This document shows positions 24,690 to 41,833 of a DNA stretch of 64,000 nucleotides, piece by piece (the first letter of the stretch is position 1; every line of letters starts with the position of its first letter). A program made the translations under genes and the position numbers. Source of the DNA: Hyphochytrium catenoides. Taxonomy: Eukaryota; Protista; Hyphochytriomycota. A model generated the notes under the pieces. That model was not told the origin of the DNA. It saw nothing but the letters and a program-made list of their open reading frames with translations, and searched no databases. The stretch covers positions 15,450 through 79,449 of the forward strand of contig FLMG01001544.1 of the NCBI GenBank assembly GCA_900088475.1, written 5' to 3'.

Positions 24690-25417
24690 CAGAGCTCTAG
24701 GCCTGATGAGTAGACTAATCGCTGGCTGTTTCTGATGAAGCTTCAAAAGCGCAATGACAATGATCTGCAATTCTCTGCAATCTGCAACAAGGAAAATCAG
24801 AGCTCAATAAAACCAGAGCTGAGTTATCAATTATCATTGATTACATCTGTTGATAGTTTCGGATCCACATGTTCACAGCTGGACACTGGACATCTTTCTA
24901 CAGTACGAGTATGACCTCCATCAGATCATCAGATCACAATCTGCCGGATGCACAGATCTGGGTGAAGATTTCCTGATGAGCTGAAGATTTGGGAACAGCA
25001 CTCAGTCTAGGTGACGTGGGCGCAAGTCTTGCTATTGTAGGGAAGAGGGAGACTTTATTATATTTGGCTGGGTCCTTTGCCCGGACTCACTCAAAGCGCT
25101 TCTTTGATCGACCCTTAAGCCGCCAAAGCAATAACATCGATTTGGCCAGTGCGGACAGTAGGAGGCATAGTGTTTATTGCTGGATTTGCAAGTGCCTACT
25201 TCTACGCCTACTTCTTACCGCTCGATTTATAAGCTGCTAGTTAAGAGGGGGTACCAATCTTCTTGCTCTAATTGGAGGGAGGGTCGTTTCTCTGCTAGCC
25301 TTAAGCAGTGTTGTTGATTCATCCAAAGATGAGGATAGGCAGTCCTCCTTGTTACTAGAGCGAGTGGAGCGAACAAAAGGCAGTACTCTTGGCTGACTCT
25401 CGTGTACTTCTCGAATC

Positions 25418-27654
25418 ATGAGTCGATCAGGAACTAAAAACAATCCAGCTACAAGCGTTTTCGGTTCGTATCTGTGCTCATTGCTCTGTGTCCTACCTGT
25501 TTTACCAATATGACAATGTGGGTTGCTTCTGGTAGTGGGCAATATACCGTATGACGTTTCGGAAGAGAAGCTCAGAGAGGTTTTCGCGCAAGTAGGGCAA
25601 GTGGTTAGCTTCAGGTGAGCTAAGACCATGCCGGTGATCATAGCTTCATCTAAAGGCAACATATTTTGCCAGGCTTGTCTATGATAGAGATACAGGGAAG
25701 CCGAAGGGCTATGGCTTCTGCGAATATGCTGATGGCTTCACAGCCATGAGTGCTATGCGTAACCTGAACGGTTATGAGATAAATGGAAGAGCCATAAGAG
25801 TGGACTTTGCCGAAGGTTGGCCGACTTTATCTGTTGCCTGTTTCTTTTGACTCATGCTGCGTACCAAAGGTGGACCTTTGTGGGTCCAGCTTCTAACAAT
25901 CCTCTAAACTTAAAGGCGACAAAAAGGAAGGTGGAGGCCCGTCCAAACCAGTACCAGATGCAGGAATGGCAGCTGCAGAGGATGTCGTCAAAGGCTTCAG
26001 TCCTTCCCAGCTCGTAGAGCTATTGAGAGAATTGAAAGTCAGTTTGCTGTATCCTTCCTTACTTTTACATACTTCTGACGTACTTACTTGAAGGGCCTGG
26101 CGAAGACTGAACCAGAGAAGACAAAGGCACTCTTCTCTTCCTACCCCTCGGCTGGCTTCGCGGTGATGCATTCCTTGAAGGTCCTTGGAGTCACCTTTTC
26201 TGAAAGCCCGAAGCCCACGGAGGCAGCGGTAAGTCTTTGAGCAAAAGACGGGATCCCAAGAGCTAGTGCTCACTGCAGTAGCCTAGTTACCCCGCTTCCT
26301 CTAATCATTCAACTATCTGCTCTCGCTTGTTTTGGGTCTCCTTCCCTGTTGACCTCTGTGGCAGCCCTGTTCTCTCTGTTTCTGACATTTACCGATTTGA
26401 AACCATAGGCACCAATTCTAGGCTCGCCTGCGTCTGCAAATCGTCCACTGCAGCAGTTTTCACAAACCCACCAATCCACCCAACAAGGGATATTACCAGC
26501 GACCCCTGCAACTTCAATGCCCGGGAGTTATGGAACAACCATTGGCCAAGCAGCACCTTCATATCCGCCAGCTTCAACAACCTACCCTACCAACTCTCAA
26601 ATGGTGCCACCGGGTAGCGGACGTCAACATTCCCAGCAGGTTTGCTTTCTTACTATTGATCTTGGCTCACCTTCTTCCGCTTTCACTCAATCCTGCACTC
26701 GGTCCTTGTTCGCGCTAACGCAACCTAACTCCGACCTACGTGTGGTGCAGACATCCGCTCCCGCGCTACACTCCAGTTCTGGGCAGCTTGCTTCTGGGCA
26801 GGGGCCCCTAGATCCTAGACTACGGCCTGGTATGGACCCCAGACAACGCCTTCAAGACCCAAGGGGCCAGCCACCGCTAGATCCTCGGCTTCAACCTCCA
26901 GAACCGAGGTATCAGGAACCAAGGCTGCAAGAACCTCAGCGATTTGTAGATCCCCGGCATCATGAGAACAGACAGGTTTTAGCCCCCTCCAGCCCTTGAG
27001 ATGAACAATGCAAATCATTCTGACCCCTTCTCTCTTCACTCTATATTCATCTCTTCGTTCTGTAGGTACCTCCTCAAAACCCAGCTACGCATGCTCTGCG
27101 TCGAGATGGTCCACCGTCTCATATGGGTGGGAGGCTCGATCACAGTCACCCTGCCCAGTCCATGAGAATGGAACCAATGCGCCAACCTCCGCCGGGCCGA
27201 ATGGACCATCCTCCCTCTCATTACCCGCCAAATAGAATGGAGCCTCCTCCGCGTGGTGCCCCACCTATGCAAGGTCATCCACATCACCCTTCTCGTGCTC
27301 ATGGCGCCAGAATGGAGCCGGGCCCCCCGCACATGCTAGATAGGAGAGACCATCCGCAGGCGTTAGGACCCCACCACCCAATGCAGGTAGGTCATGGGAG
27401 GTCTACAAAACAAGAGGCACCGCATAGGCGTGGAGTAGAACTATGACCATTTTGCAAGAGTTTGCAGCCAAGGAAGGATATAGAAATGTGAGGGACAAGG
27501 TCTGGGACAAAAAGTTCTGGGACGGACTTAGGACGGGTTTCAGCTCCTTGGGCTAATGAGGCTTCTCTTGCTGTAGGGTTCGGGCCCAAGAGGACCTCCC
27601 CCTCGACCTTTCCCTTCTCCTCCTAGCGACCCCCGGAAGAGACGCCGCTTCTAG
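25418..27654 (+). CDS. CSTF2: Cleavage stimulation factor 64 kDa subunit (CstF-64/Rna15): RRM + hinge + Pro/Gln-rich DPR-repeat tail
   Basis: [15 protein letters not shown]|[27 protein letters not shown]|[47 protein letters not shown] is the CstF-64 RRM signature; hinge-like exons at ~25960-26230. Confidence 0.93.
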
Positions 27655-28078
27655 TGTCAAGGTGAACTAATTAATGGGAAAGGAATAAAGGGAAGGCCAT
27701 TCTTACCAGCTTGTAGGACTTTTTCATTGGTATCTGCTGCGGTCTCCACCGATATCTTCGGGTGTTCAATAGTATCTCACGCATGTTACCATTGAGAACT
27801 TGCCACTACTTAGTCTTGGGCTCCATGAACGTGATCATTCCATCTTCCCCTTTAACGTCAAACTCTTGATCAGATCATCGGCTTGAGGTTAAGTTATGAG
27901 GATTAAATAGGTTCTGCTTTCTTACTCTAGAGTTCGTGATTATATTGAATTGTCGTCTTCGTCCCCGGTTTCCACCCCCACGCGCCTGAAAAGTGGCATC
28001 GCTGTTAATAATCCCTTATCCCCTATCATAGATCAGCTTGCTGCGAAAAATGTCCTTAGGCTTGTCCATAACTATCTT

Positions 28079-31439
<3,361 letters not shown>

Positions 31440-31805
31440 GGTCCCCTTTCAGGATGGGCCCAGCGAACTGCAGGACTAAAAAAGGCTCTCTCCGTAGCGA
31501 TGGTCAGGGTTAGTGAAAGGATTGGCGTCCTGGTGAAGAACAGACGCTTCACTTTATTCCCCTTCCATCTGCCCAGAAGCAAAACTGGAGCGATCCACCT
31601 CTCAGCGCATCCATCGTCAACGGCAATTGAGCCTTGGGTCTTCCCTCACTGATGATGGTTGGAAGTGCAGCGGTGATCAAAAGGTTGATGTGGATGGATC
31701 ATATTGTTGAGCGGGAAGCTTCCTATCCGACCAGACGAAGCTCAGCTTGCAGCTCAATTAGCAGCAAGCACGCACTGTCTCGCTCTCTGTATCTCTGCAT
31801 TAAAC

Positions 31806-31807
<2 letters not shown>

Positions 31808-31838
<31 letters not shown>
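31808..31838. repeat. (TC)n microsatellite
   Basis: About 15 TC units followed by tgtag. Confidence 0.85.
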
Positions 31839-31840
<2 letters not shown>

Positions 31841-32951
31841 GGGGAAGTGAACTTACAACCAAACTTCACCGCCATTGACACAGAATGGAGACTTTACTTC
31901 ACATTCACAGACAAAATTGTAGAAATGAAGGTGTGTTGGGGGGAGAAATTAAGATGTTTTTTACGAGAAAGCCCCAAAAGCCGTCATTATCTTTCACCAA
32001 CAGTGAAGATTACTCCTACAAAGGACACCAAAGAGGTTTCCTCTCAGGTGTACCTGGTACTTTGCTAGTAGTAGTCCTGCACTAGTACCATCCGCTCTCC
32101 CTTTCTTGACTTGTGCTTCAACTTGTTTGAGCACATCTTGAGAACAGGGATCCTTGAGCTGAAGGAGTGTCGCTTGGCTTTACTGGTACATCTCTGACAT
32201 TGGCGCCTGGCGGACGAGCTCTCAGAAAGCCCTCCTGCGATAGGATGAGGCCGTAATGATACCTATCCGGGCTCTTCAGAGCTGTGCCAATGGCTGGCTT
32301 GGTGGGCCTACCTCCTCTTCTTTCTGTCTGCCCGCTTTGACACAGTGCTGATGCCCTTGGCCCAAACAGACTGACTTGTAAGCTGCGGAACTGTCGACAC
32401 TTCAGTATCTCCACCCTGCGAAGCATGTCCACCGCCTTCGGTAAAAGAGTTTGTTAGACTCGTCCAAGGCAGCGAAAGTCGTGTAGACTGCACTACAGAT
32501 GCAACAAGTGTAATCATATCCATCCTTTTGCCCTAGCCAAGCTTTCTTTCCTTCCATTCGCACCCAACACCAACTTCTAGCGCTGTGCGTCGTGGTTGAA
32601 TGACCTGACCTTCTAAAAAGTAACAGTGGCTTGCCAAATATAAGAAAGCGGTACAACTAGCCAGCCCCAGTGACTAATACAATCACCCTTGGTCGAATAA
32701 TCTACATGCATCACTGAAAGAGCAAGGGGCACACCGGCGACAGGGTTACTAGCCAGCATCTCCGGCTTCGGCTGGCTGCTCATTATTTCGGAAACGTTAA
32801 TGCGCATGCCGCCTATAACGTATCTTAGGTCTGCTGGGTTGGAATAGCCTCATACACTTAGGTTGGCAATAAGTTATTGGCTGGCTGCCCTCGTCAAGCG
32901 GATGGAGAACAGGTCCAGTTTACTGTACAAAAACTCTGTATAAAGAAGATG

Positions 32952-34042
32952 TCAGCTTTGCGCACTCAATGTTTTCGCCCTTTTAGGGGAAGACTGTCCG
33001 TCAGCAACGTCTTTCCGCTTAAGGCAGTCGGTAGGGGTGTCTGATGTCTGCTTTTCTCCCGCCCTAGCCTTACTCTCCAAACTAGTTGGGGGGAGAGCAG
33101 GTCCAGTAGTGATGGCCTGCTCCTTCGACGCAGGATGACGAGAACCCATAGCCGCTCCCACTTTCCTCTCTTGGGACAGTTTAGAGTCCGGACCGGTAGC
33201 AGGACCTATTTGGATCTTGGGCTTCAAATCGGCTGCTCCAGTCGAGCCATCTCCCAACGTTTCTTCTGCCTGTGGCTTCCCAAAACCAGGAGGAAGAGCT
33301 GGCCCAATGGCTGTAGGTCTTGCGGGACCCTTGACAGGTCTGGTTGGTCCCTTGACAGCCGTCGATCTTGTCTCCTGGCGCTTGAGGCGTCGCTCATACT
33401 CTTGCAGCTGCCTCATAAAACTCGCATTTGGTTGAACCTGCATAGTCAATCGTCAGAAAAAAAGACTGATTGCATTGTTGCCTGGAACCGTACTGTTGCT
33501 CTTCTGGCCTTGACCTCTGCCAGCGCTTCTTCAAAGGAAAGCTTTCTAGTCTTCATTAGATAGGCGATGACAATGGAAGGAGATCTGCTGACTCCCTTGT
33601 TACAATGTACAAGCACCCCACCTGCCTCCATAATAGTGTCAACCCAAAGTTACAAGGATAATTGACGATGGAAGAAAAGCTTACCATAGTGCTTGCCTTG
33701 CTCAATAAATGATATGCATCCGTCTAATGATCGGAGGATATCCTCTGCACTGTTGTCAAATAGGGCACAGCGCTTGTATCTAAGGCCATAAAGGGAATGT
33801 AAGGACAAAGAAAAGGAATTTTATGAGGGCACCGCCTTACACGAAGTTGTGCCTTACACGAAGTTCTTATCCTTCTCAAAGAAGTTCGGCGTCCCCGCCA
33901 CTGGATCATCATTCCTAGTGGGTGTGGCATTGAGAATGTGACGGATGCCTAACTTTTGGAGGACCTCCTTGTTCTTCGCGTCCACGCGGCTCCCCAGATA
34001 GAGGAACGGCAATATCTGTGATGGTTGGCCTTCATCTTCCAT
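32952..34042 (-). CDS. Dual-specificity protein phosphatase (atypical DUSP) with low-complexity C-terminal tail
   Basis: PSQILPFLYLGS, GIRHILNAT, general-acid loop ALFDNSAEDI, catalytic VLVHCNKGVSRSPSIVIAYLM, QPNASFMRQL. Confidence 0.95.
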
Positions 34043-34911
34043 CTTCAGATCCAGGCCGCTTCGTTACCTTTCCCCTTTCCTCTCAAAGAGCTAGGTGCGC
34101 TATACAAAGCTGATGCTCAGGGCTTATTACCGCTCAGTCAGTCAAGGGACCAACTTCACCTTCCACCAAGGTTGGACCAGGCCAACAGCTAGGCCAACTA
34201 ACATAGAGGTCCAAGGATAATCTGAAGATGAAGGAGCTTCTGGCTGTTCAATCAGAGGTTCGTTTTAGCGGCGACAAGTCCTACAGATCGACAACACTTG
34301 GGAGTTCAACGCCCACATAAACAACGGTTCTGACATACACCCAAAAGAATCTAATCTTTATGACGAGCAGCACCTGTGATTCGCCAATTGATTCTTTTCC
34401 GCCTGATTTTCTTTGGAGGAGTGAAAGGTAACTTCATTGAGCTCTTCCAGAAGCCCTGGCAGTGAGAGAGTACAGCAGACAGAACTATTCATGGGAGGAA
34501 GGCGGTCGGCTCGCTGGTTGAAGCTTCAGCCGCAGTCCTTGCAGACGATTACCTGCTCCGCGAGCAGCTTGTATATAGTCTGGTCATTAGCCTGCGCGAG
34601 GAAGCCGCCTTGCGTAGTCCAAGGAGGGATCACGCCTAAGGGTTCTGCTCGTTTAAGTCACCAGGCTGATCAATATTGACCGCAAGTGGCACTTCAGGGA
34701 GGGACATGATCGCTCAGCAGGCTACCAACACCTCAGCGGCCTCTACAGCCGTACCACGCCACTAATTGGCTGGACGCGGTATCGTCGAGGTCGGATCCGT
34801 CAGTGAATGCGCATCTCTGACAGGAGCGCCGAGAGACACCCCCGCGAGGTTCTGATCAGAAAGACTATTGTATCTGGCGACAGATCACAGACCAGACTCT
34901 CAGAATCAACC

Positions 34912-37900
34912 ATGATGACTCCTCCTCACTCTCAAAAGACAGCCCACGGAGTTGCTTTATTGGTTAGCTCTGCCGGAGAGGAGTCCGATAATCAAGACAA
35001 AAGCGGTCCAGGACTTCGAGGGTTGCGTGGCCAGTCCTTAAAGAGGTCCGTTCAAGTGGAGGTTTTCTCGAAGAAACCCTTCCGGAAGGACTCCGCGGGA
35101 AGGGTGCGGCGTGTGCTTCTAGCCTTCCAGGTACTTGAGGCGCAATCTTAACCTTTATGGCCCTCTCCTAAGCAATCTCCTTTCAGGTATCCAAGGTTGC
35201 AAATCGCGGGATGTTTAGCAGCAACCGAGGCCCAAACAATGATAAGATGAGGATAATCTGCGCAACTATGGCAGCAACTTCAGATGTCGAAAGAGTAAAT
35301 AGAAGAAAGAGTGCAAGCGCTCCAGGTGGGTCAAAAGTTCTTATCGTTCAGCTAGAGCACTTATAGGATCTTCTCTATGTCGCGCTCTAAGTCGAGCAAC
35401 TCGCTCTCGGATCTCTACCAGCTCGGGGCTGCGTCCCTAATCGCCTGTCACTCTCTTTTCCCGTCTTTTCTGCGACAATTTGTCTGTTACCCAGCAGAAG
35501 CCTCAGGAGACGCTCAGGTGGAAATGCATTACATTACCATAGAGCAGAACCTGGCCTTTAATGTTCGCAGGTCATTTCCTCTGAGTGATCTCGTGAAAGT
35601 TGAAGGGAGCAACGTCGGGGATGGCTCCGACTTCACCCTCACCTTTGAAAAAGAGTCTCCATACCGTTGGGCCGCAGCATCCAAGCAGCTGAAGGAGGAG
35701 ATTCTCTGGTGTCTCCTTCACCTTTGCCATCGGTTTCGTGTAAGGTGCCAGCTTAAAGCAGAAGGATCTCGACTTATCTTGGGCCTTTCCATTTGCAGGA
35801 CACAATGCCACAGCTCTTCCACGTAGATGAGCTCGCTCTGAACCAAAGAGCAGCAGAGGAGAAATTCACGCTGAAGTACGAGACCATTAACTGGGAGGCA
35901 GAGAACAAGGTACGTCTAAGAGACGGCCCCTTGTGTGAGTCCACCATACTCACTCCTCTCCAGGGCGAAGCACCTGACTCTGAATACGAGATCGCTGACG
36001 AGAACAATGCTGAAAGCCCTAAGCACAGTCATGCTGAAGGGCTGCTCTCCAGTGATGAGCAGGCAGATCTCACATTCTTCATGAAATCAGACGATTGGTA
36101 AGGGCGTCTCGTCTTCTCGACTAGTTCACCTTGATCCGATAGTATGATGGGTGATTTCTATCGACCTACGCCGGGGGCTTCTAGAGCGCGGTTTCTCTCG
36201 TTCCACCGACATAGTTATTTTGACAGGCAACTCTTCAAAAAAGATGCTGAAGGCTTAAAAGATCAACTACGGAAGAGGTTATATGAGTCTGAATGTAAAA
36301 ATTTGGAGTACCTTTTACAATGGGAAGCTACACAGAGACAGGGAAACTCAGTAAGACCTTACGGCTTAGCTCTCTTATTATGACGCCACTAAAACTTCAC
36401 ATTGCCAAACTGGGAAAACTCCACCTCTGAGACTGTCTTATCATTGTTTTATACTTAAAGTTTGCTTTCAGGCGCTCTTTCCGTGTATTAGCCTCCCTCT
36501 TAACAGTATATCTTTGAACTTTTACCTGTGATGTAGACATTTCCGACTGGGGAATTCACTGTGCCTCTTCTGGTCTTTTGGCATCGATGTCCAGCACGGG
36601 ATCCCTTGTAGCCCCCTCTCTCTTTTTCCCTAAGAAAATCTTTCTACGTGTCCCTTTTATAGTGCCATTGTTCCCATTACGGCTACCACGGACTAATTGC
36701 CGTTGGGGNNNNNNNNNNNNNNNNNNNNNNNNNNNNNNNNNCCAAAGCATGGAAATATGGCTTGGAGGCTATCAGCAAGCGCTCGCCGTGGTACAGGAGG
36801 ACATGAAAGAGATTCAGGTGAGTTGAGATTACAAGCTAGCTACGGGGCTTTGGAAGCCCATCGCCCTTACAATCCACTTCTTTCTTAGGGCTTGAATAAC
36901 AAGCTTGAGGTGCAGTCTAGAAACCAGCGACTACTTGAAAAGGAGCTAGAGACAATCATCAAGGTCCGCTTGCGTCTTTGTATCCCTTATTCTGCAAGCC
37001 CGCTAAAGCCGCCAGTCGCGTTTGTAGAGCGTGGAACTCTCCGCAGCTGCCCAGGAAATATTTCAAAACCCAGTAAAAGCTCTAGAAGATAGCCAGGACG
37101 ACCCTCTTGGAGAAAAGAAAGAAAAGCTTGTCCAAGCTGCAGAGGAGCTTCAAAAAGCCATTGAGGCTTCTGACAAAGGACCAGGACGCATGGTAGGCAT
37201 CATGGAGTCGGTCGTCTTCTTTGAGGGCTAGATCTGGGACGAATGGGGTTGATTAGGGGAATCCACTTTTTTTCCATATCATTACTAGTTTGCCTCATTC
37301 TTGTCTCAATGTTGTTGTACACAGTTATCTACTATCCGAGAGCGCGGAAACGACCTTCGAGAAACTGCACAAGACTTCAGTGACGCTCTGTGCACGTGAG
37401 ACAGGGCTTTAACCACTTCTTCATAAAAGTTTATGAACGTTTTTTGCCAGTTGTACCTCTCTGACTTTGGTTTGCAGTGGACTACGGCGCGCCTTATCTT
37501 CGACACTTAATGTATGCTTTTATTGAAGCCAGACTGACACTTGTTCTATTCGTAGAACTATCAAAGCCCATTTCAAAGAAGCTACTGTGGGAGATGCTCA
37601 GCAGCGGCGTCGCTCGTCTTCTGCATTAAACTTCATGAACGCCAAAGGACAGCTGGACATTGACTCGCTCTCAACAATCGATAACAGAAGTATACAAATC
37701 TCGCTCATGGAAGACAAGGTCCCTTTCATTGTTGCCAACTTCGCCATTCCTTGCCAGCTTGGACTCCGACTCTCTCACTCTTCCAAATTTCACCTCCAAA
37801 GTATCTAAATTGCTGCCAGAGGATGTCTTCTGCCCATTGTCTCCAATTTAAGATCTTTATATGACGGTGGATCGTTGGGTACGAAATATGTTTCTAGCCT

Positions 37901-40900
37901 CTCTGCAATGCGCCAGAACCATTGAATGTAGGCGTCTGATGATCTCAGTGTCCGTACAGATCCTCATTCAAGCGCTTTCCAAGCTGAATCCAGATGCCGT
38001 ACTGTCACTGAGAGAAGCATATGCAGCCGAGTTCGGCCATATGTACACACAGCACGTCAAAGAGGTCTTTGATTTTCTGAAGCACCAGGTAATCTCAAAT
38101 GGAAGGCAAAAGCCTTTTCGCATTGAGTGGAAGAGACACAAAGATACCTAAGAGCCTATTCTCGCCGTCCCACCTTGTTCTTAGGTATCTAAAGGCGAGA
38201 AGAAACCTTCAGCATTAGTCTCCTTACCTTCAGTAGGGCTCTCCGGTACTGCAATGGATGCTGGGAAAGCTGGACCAACCCAAAAATTGTCGGCTTCAGG
38301 AGCTCTAGAGAGTGGACTCAGAAAGGTAAAAGCGCACACATAGCAATGGGGGGTAAAAGTACATTAGGAGATACAGAGCTCTGTGCCTAAAGAGACCATA
38401 GACGAAAGACCCGAGCTGCGATTATGTGCAGCTTGGTTGCGAAGGGAAGAAGATCTTGATCTGTGATAGAACAAGATAGACCAATGCCATACATACCAAG
38501 AATTTGCTAACGAAGCTGCCACCTTGTGCCAGATCATCCCCTTATATATGAGGGAACAGGGATTCCTGCAAGACTTCTTCAATTTCGTGAGCCAAGAAAA
38601 GACGGTAAGCATCGTGGCGGCTCGTTCAACGGAAACAAGCGACATTTATGAAAGTAAAGGACCTTTAATCTTAGGATGGAGAATGGGAAAAGATGCGGCT
38701 AGGGGGAAAGAGAGGCAACTAGACATCTGGCAAGTTTGGAATACATTCAAAACCTTGTCATCGCTAAATCGTTTACAGGATCTGGATGAGAGCCAAAAGC
38801 CAGAGCACCGTGATTCTTGGACAGCTTCCATCGTCTCCCAGCCCCAGCAGCTCGTTACGATGATGGAAAACCTCTTTCAAAAGTAAGTGTCCTTTGTTTT
38901 CTGGAAAAAGTGACGATCTCGCTCCGTGCTCACGAGAAGTTCCTACTTCTCTTACTCGTCTCATAACAGGATCTCCAAGCGCCTTTCTGAGTTTGCGGAA
39001 CTAAGTGATTCCATGGACCACCTAGAAATCTTGCCGATGTTGACCTGCATAGACGAGCTCATAGCTGAAAACAAGGTAGGATGCGGCCAAAGATATGTCT
39101 ATTGCAGAAAGAGAACTTTGTTGGAGACGGCGAAAGACTAGGGAAGGCTTTCTGGCAATGAGAGAGATAGAGAGACAGAGAGTGACTCACCACTCAAGCT
39201 AAGCTCTGGTAAATCTACAGAATAAGAGTGAACATCTGGCCAACGTGTTGGTAGCTTTCCAGCTCTCCCTTACTCGCATCCTCAACAAGTATATTGAAGA
39301 GCAGGTACTATGGAGCTAAGTTGTTTATGGATCTTTCCACCGCTGGTTACTTGTTCTCCATTCTCTTCTCAGACCTACATTTTGACGGCCATGCATGGCC
39401 TCTTTCTTCATATCGCAGGAGCAATGGATCGAATCCAACAAGCCTGATACAAAGCAGGCAGGAGTTCTTCTGCCTTTTCACAAGTTCCCGGTAGGGTAGC
39501 CTTATAGTGCTCATGACTCTTCCAGGTCCCCCTGTTCACCACTTTCATGTTCTGTGATTGGAGGACCAGAAGAGATGAGATTCGCGGAAGAGATTCACTT
39601 GGCAAGTCCAATGTGACTTCTCTGTTAGAGGCTATACCCCCATCTAACCTGAGCCCTGCACTGGTTTCTCGTTCAGTATCTCTAAATTATCTTATGTTAT
39701 TCGTCCTCTCTTCGCTCGTTTTTGGACACCCATTCCCCTAGGCCTTGGTAGATCGAATCGAGAGTAAGATGAATGGGAAAGGCGCGGAAGTCTCCGCCAC
39801 TGTATATCAGCGACTCGCTCCTTGTTGCTTCCAATGGCTCGAGAAGACGGCGTCCGGAAAACCGAAGTACCAAGATATTGTGCTGCTAGGTAAGTAGCTC
39901 CAGAGAGATGGAAGGCGGAAGCGCAATAAAGAAGGATCTGATGCCAGTGACGACAAATGTGAGAGTGAAAGTTTTGGGACGGATGACGCAAACGACTAAG
40001 CAACATCGTACATGAAGACAGACCAGCGGTAGTCCGCAGCTCCTAACCCACGGACAACGATTAATTCTGTAGCCTATAAGTTGATGACGATTAGGGAACC
40101 GGACGAGCAGCTAGAAAGGCTTCGTTGACCCCTCTGTCCGTAGAGAATTATTACTTCTTTGCTGAGACCGTGGGCAGAAGGAATGTCCTTTCGCTTCGGC
40201 CGTTTGTGGACCAGGCGCGACAACTACATGAGGAGGCATCGATTCGATACTGCAAGTGGATAGTCCAGTGTCAATTCGAGAAAATGATGGTAAGAGCAAA
40301 GGTGCTGATATCGAGAAGTTGCACAGTGTATCAAACCTAAGTGGAGTGCGAAAGGTCCACCTAGAAAAGCCATGCAACAATTGGGCGAGCCGTAGATTAT
40401 AGGGTGGTCACGAAGATAAAGTAAGGTAGTTCTCAATCCCAAGCTGTTTTAGCTGGGTCGCGTTTTAGCTGGGTCGCGTCCAGCTGCTCTTCTCAGAGGT
40501 AATAGAGCGGAGCAATTGAAGAAGGAATGTGTAGGATGCGTTAAGCAAAAAGAAATTGAGCACATAACCTTATTACTTCACCCAGCAATTCTTCAGCGAA
40601 GTGGAGGCCAATCTCAAAACAATGCGACCATCTGAGATCTCTATTCACCATAAGAGACAAGACTTGCTCAAGATCGTCGACACCAATAAGAAGACGGTGA
40701 GGAGAGCGTGGAGAGGAAACTCCTCTTTATCATGTGTAACCACACTCTTATGCTCGACAACTTAGGACTTCATATTTGTCTTTCTACCTCTCGCCCACGC
40801 CGTGGTGTTTTCGGCTCATGTCATCTGCCCATTCTGCTAATAACGGCTCTTCAATTAGCTCAGCTCTCCTTTTGTCACTGGAATTTGAAAGACTTGCATT

Positions 40901-41362
40901 GTAGTTAGCTTCTTACCCAATAAACCTAAAACGCCTCTTTGAATCTTCTCTAGATGGAAAAAAGCATGAATATGATGTATGAACGATGTCAGAAGCACCT
41001 TTGTAAGGAGGCAGCACTCCTTCCCCTTATCTGGAAGCAAGTAGCGGTAGGTTGACCATAGGCCAGCTGTCCCTATCTGGTTTCTTCTATTGGTCGTCGA
41101 CTGTGAACCCCTCCTTCCTTCTATCTTTTCTTTGTTGCCCCATCTGCTTACGCCCTGAAATCTTAGCTGCCGGGTTGCCTCTGTGGCTTTCCTCTGCAGC
41201 TTGGCCCTCTACTAACGCCTCAAAACTCCTCTTCACCCTCATCAGGAGCTATGGGCAAAAACGTACGCAAGATTTAACGAGATTTCTCTGCAGTGCTACG
41301 AGACGGCACTACAGCCCAGTCCCGATGAAGTCGCGCGTCTATGTCGACTTAGTAAAGAATAG
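34912..41362 (+). CDS. SEC3: Exocyst complex component Sec3 (EXOC1), many exons, spans gap 36709-36741
   Basis: PH-like N-terminus RRSFPLSDLVKVEG...DFTLTFEKESPYRWAA...KEEILWCL; coiled coil MEIWLGGYQQAL...NNKLEVQSRNQRLLEKEL; IIPLYMREQGFLQDFF; ENYYFF; KHLCKEAALLPLIWKQV; TAG at 41360-41362. Confidence 0.88.
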
Positions 41363-41833
41363 TTGACTCTTCTTTAATTGTAAACGGTGACTGCTGCTGC
41401 ATATCATCACTACCGTGCTTCCCTTCCGTTTTCCCTCTGTCACGTCAGCAATGCCAACCATCTTCTACCAAAGTATCTTTATTCCATTTAATGGGTGTTG
41501 CAGCTACTCTGGCAGTGATGCGCCATATCATAAATTAGTTCATAGCAACAAAATGAGGAGATGAAAATAGCTATGAGCAATGAAGAAGCTGCCCTTTCCT
41601 GTTCACAGAATGAAAGGCCCTTGCCCCTGTGACAAGTAGGATATATGGTGAAGAAGAATGGAAAAGCAAAGTCTACTCAATGCGGAACGTGCTGGTAAAC
41701 GGAGTAGATCTGCTGGTGAGGTACACCAGGTAGACAACCCTAGAGTGCCCGGTAAGACCTCTGTAACATTCGGTTACATACCCGCGTGCCCACAGCCGCG
41801 CTGATGGAAGGCGCCAGCACACAACTTAGCTAT

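Noticed and set aside
31500-32900. Short ORFs on both strands between PI4K and DUSP (e.g. GEVNLQPNFTAIDTEWRLYFTF)
   Set aside because: No recognisable domain and no consistent splice model; a small gene cannot be excluded
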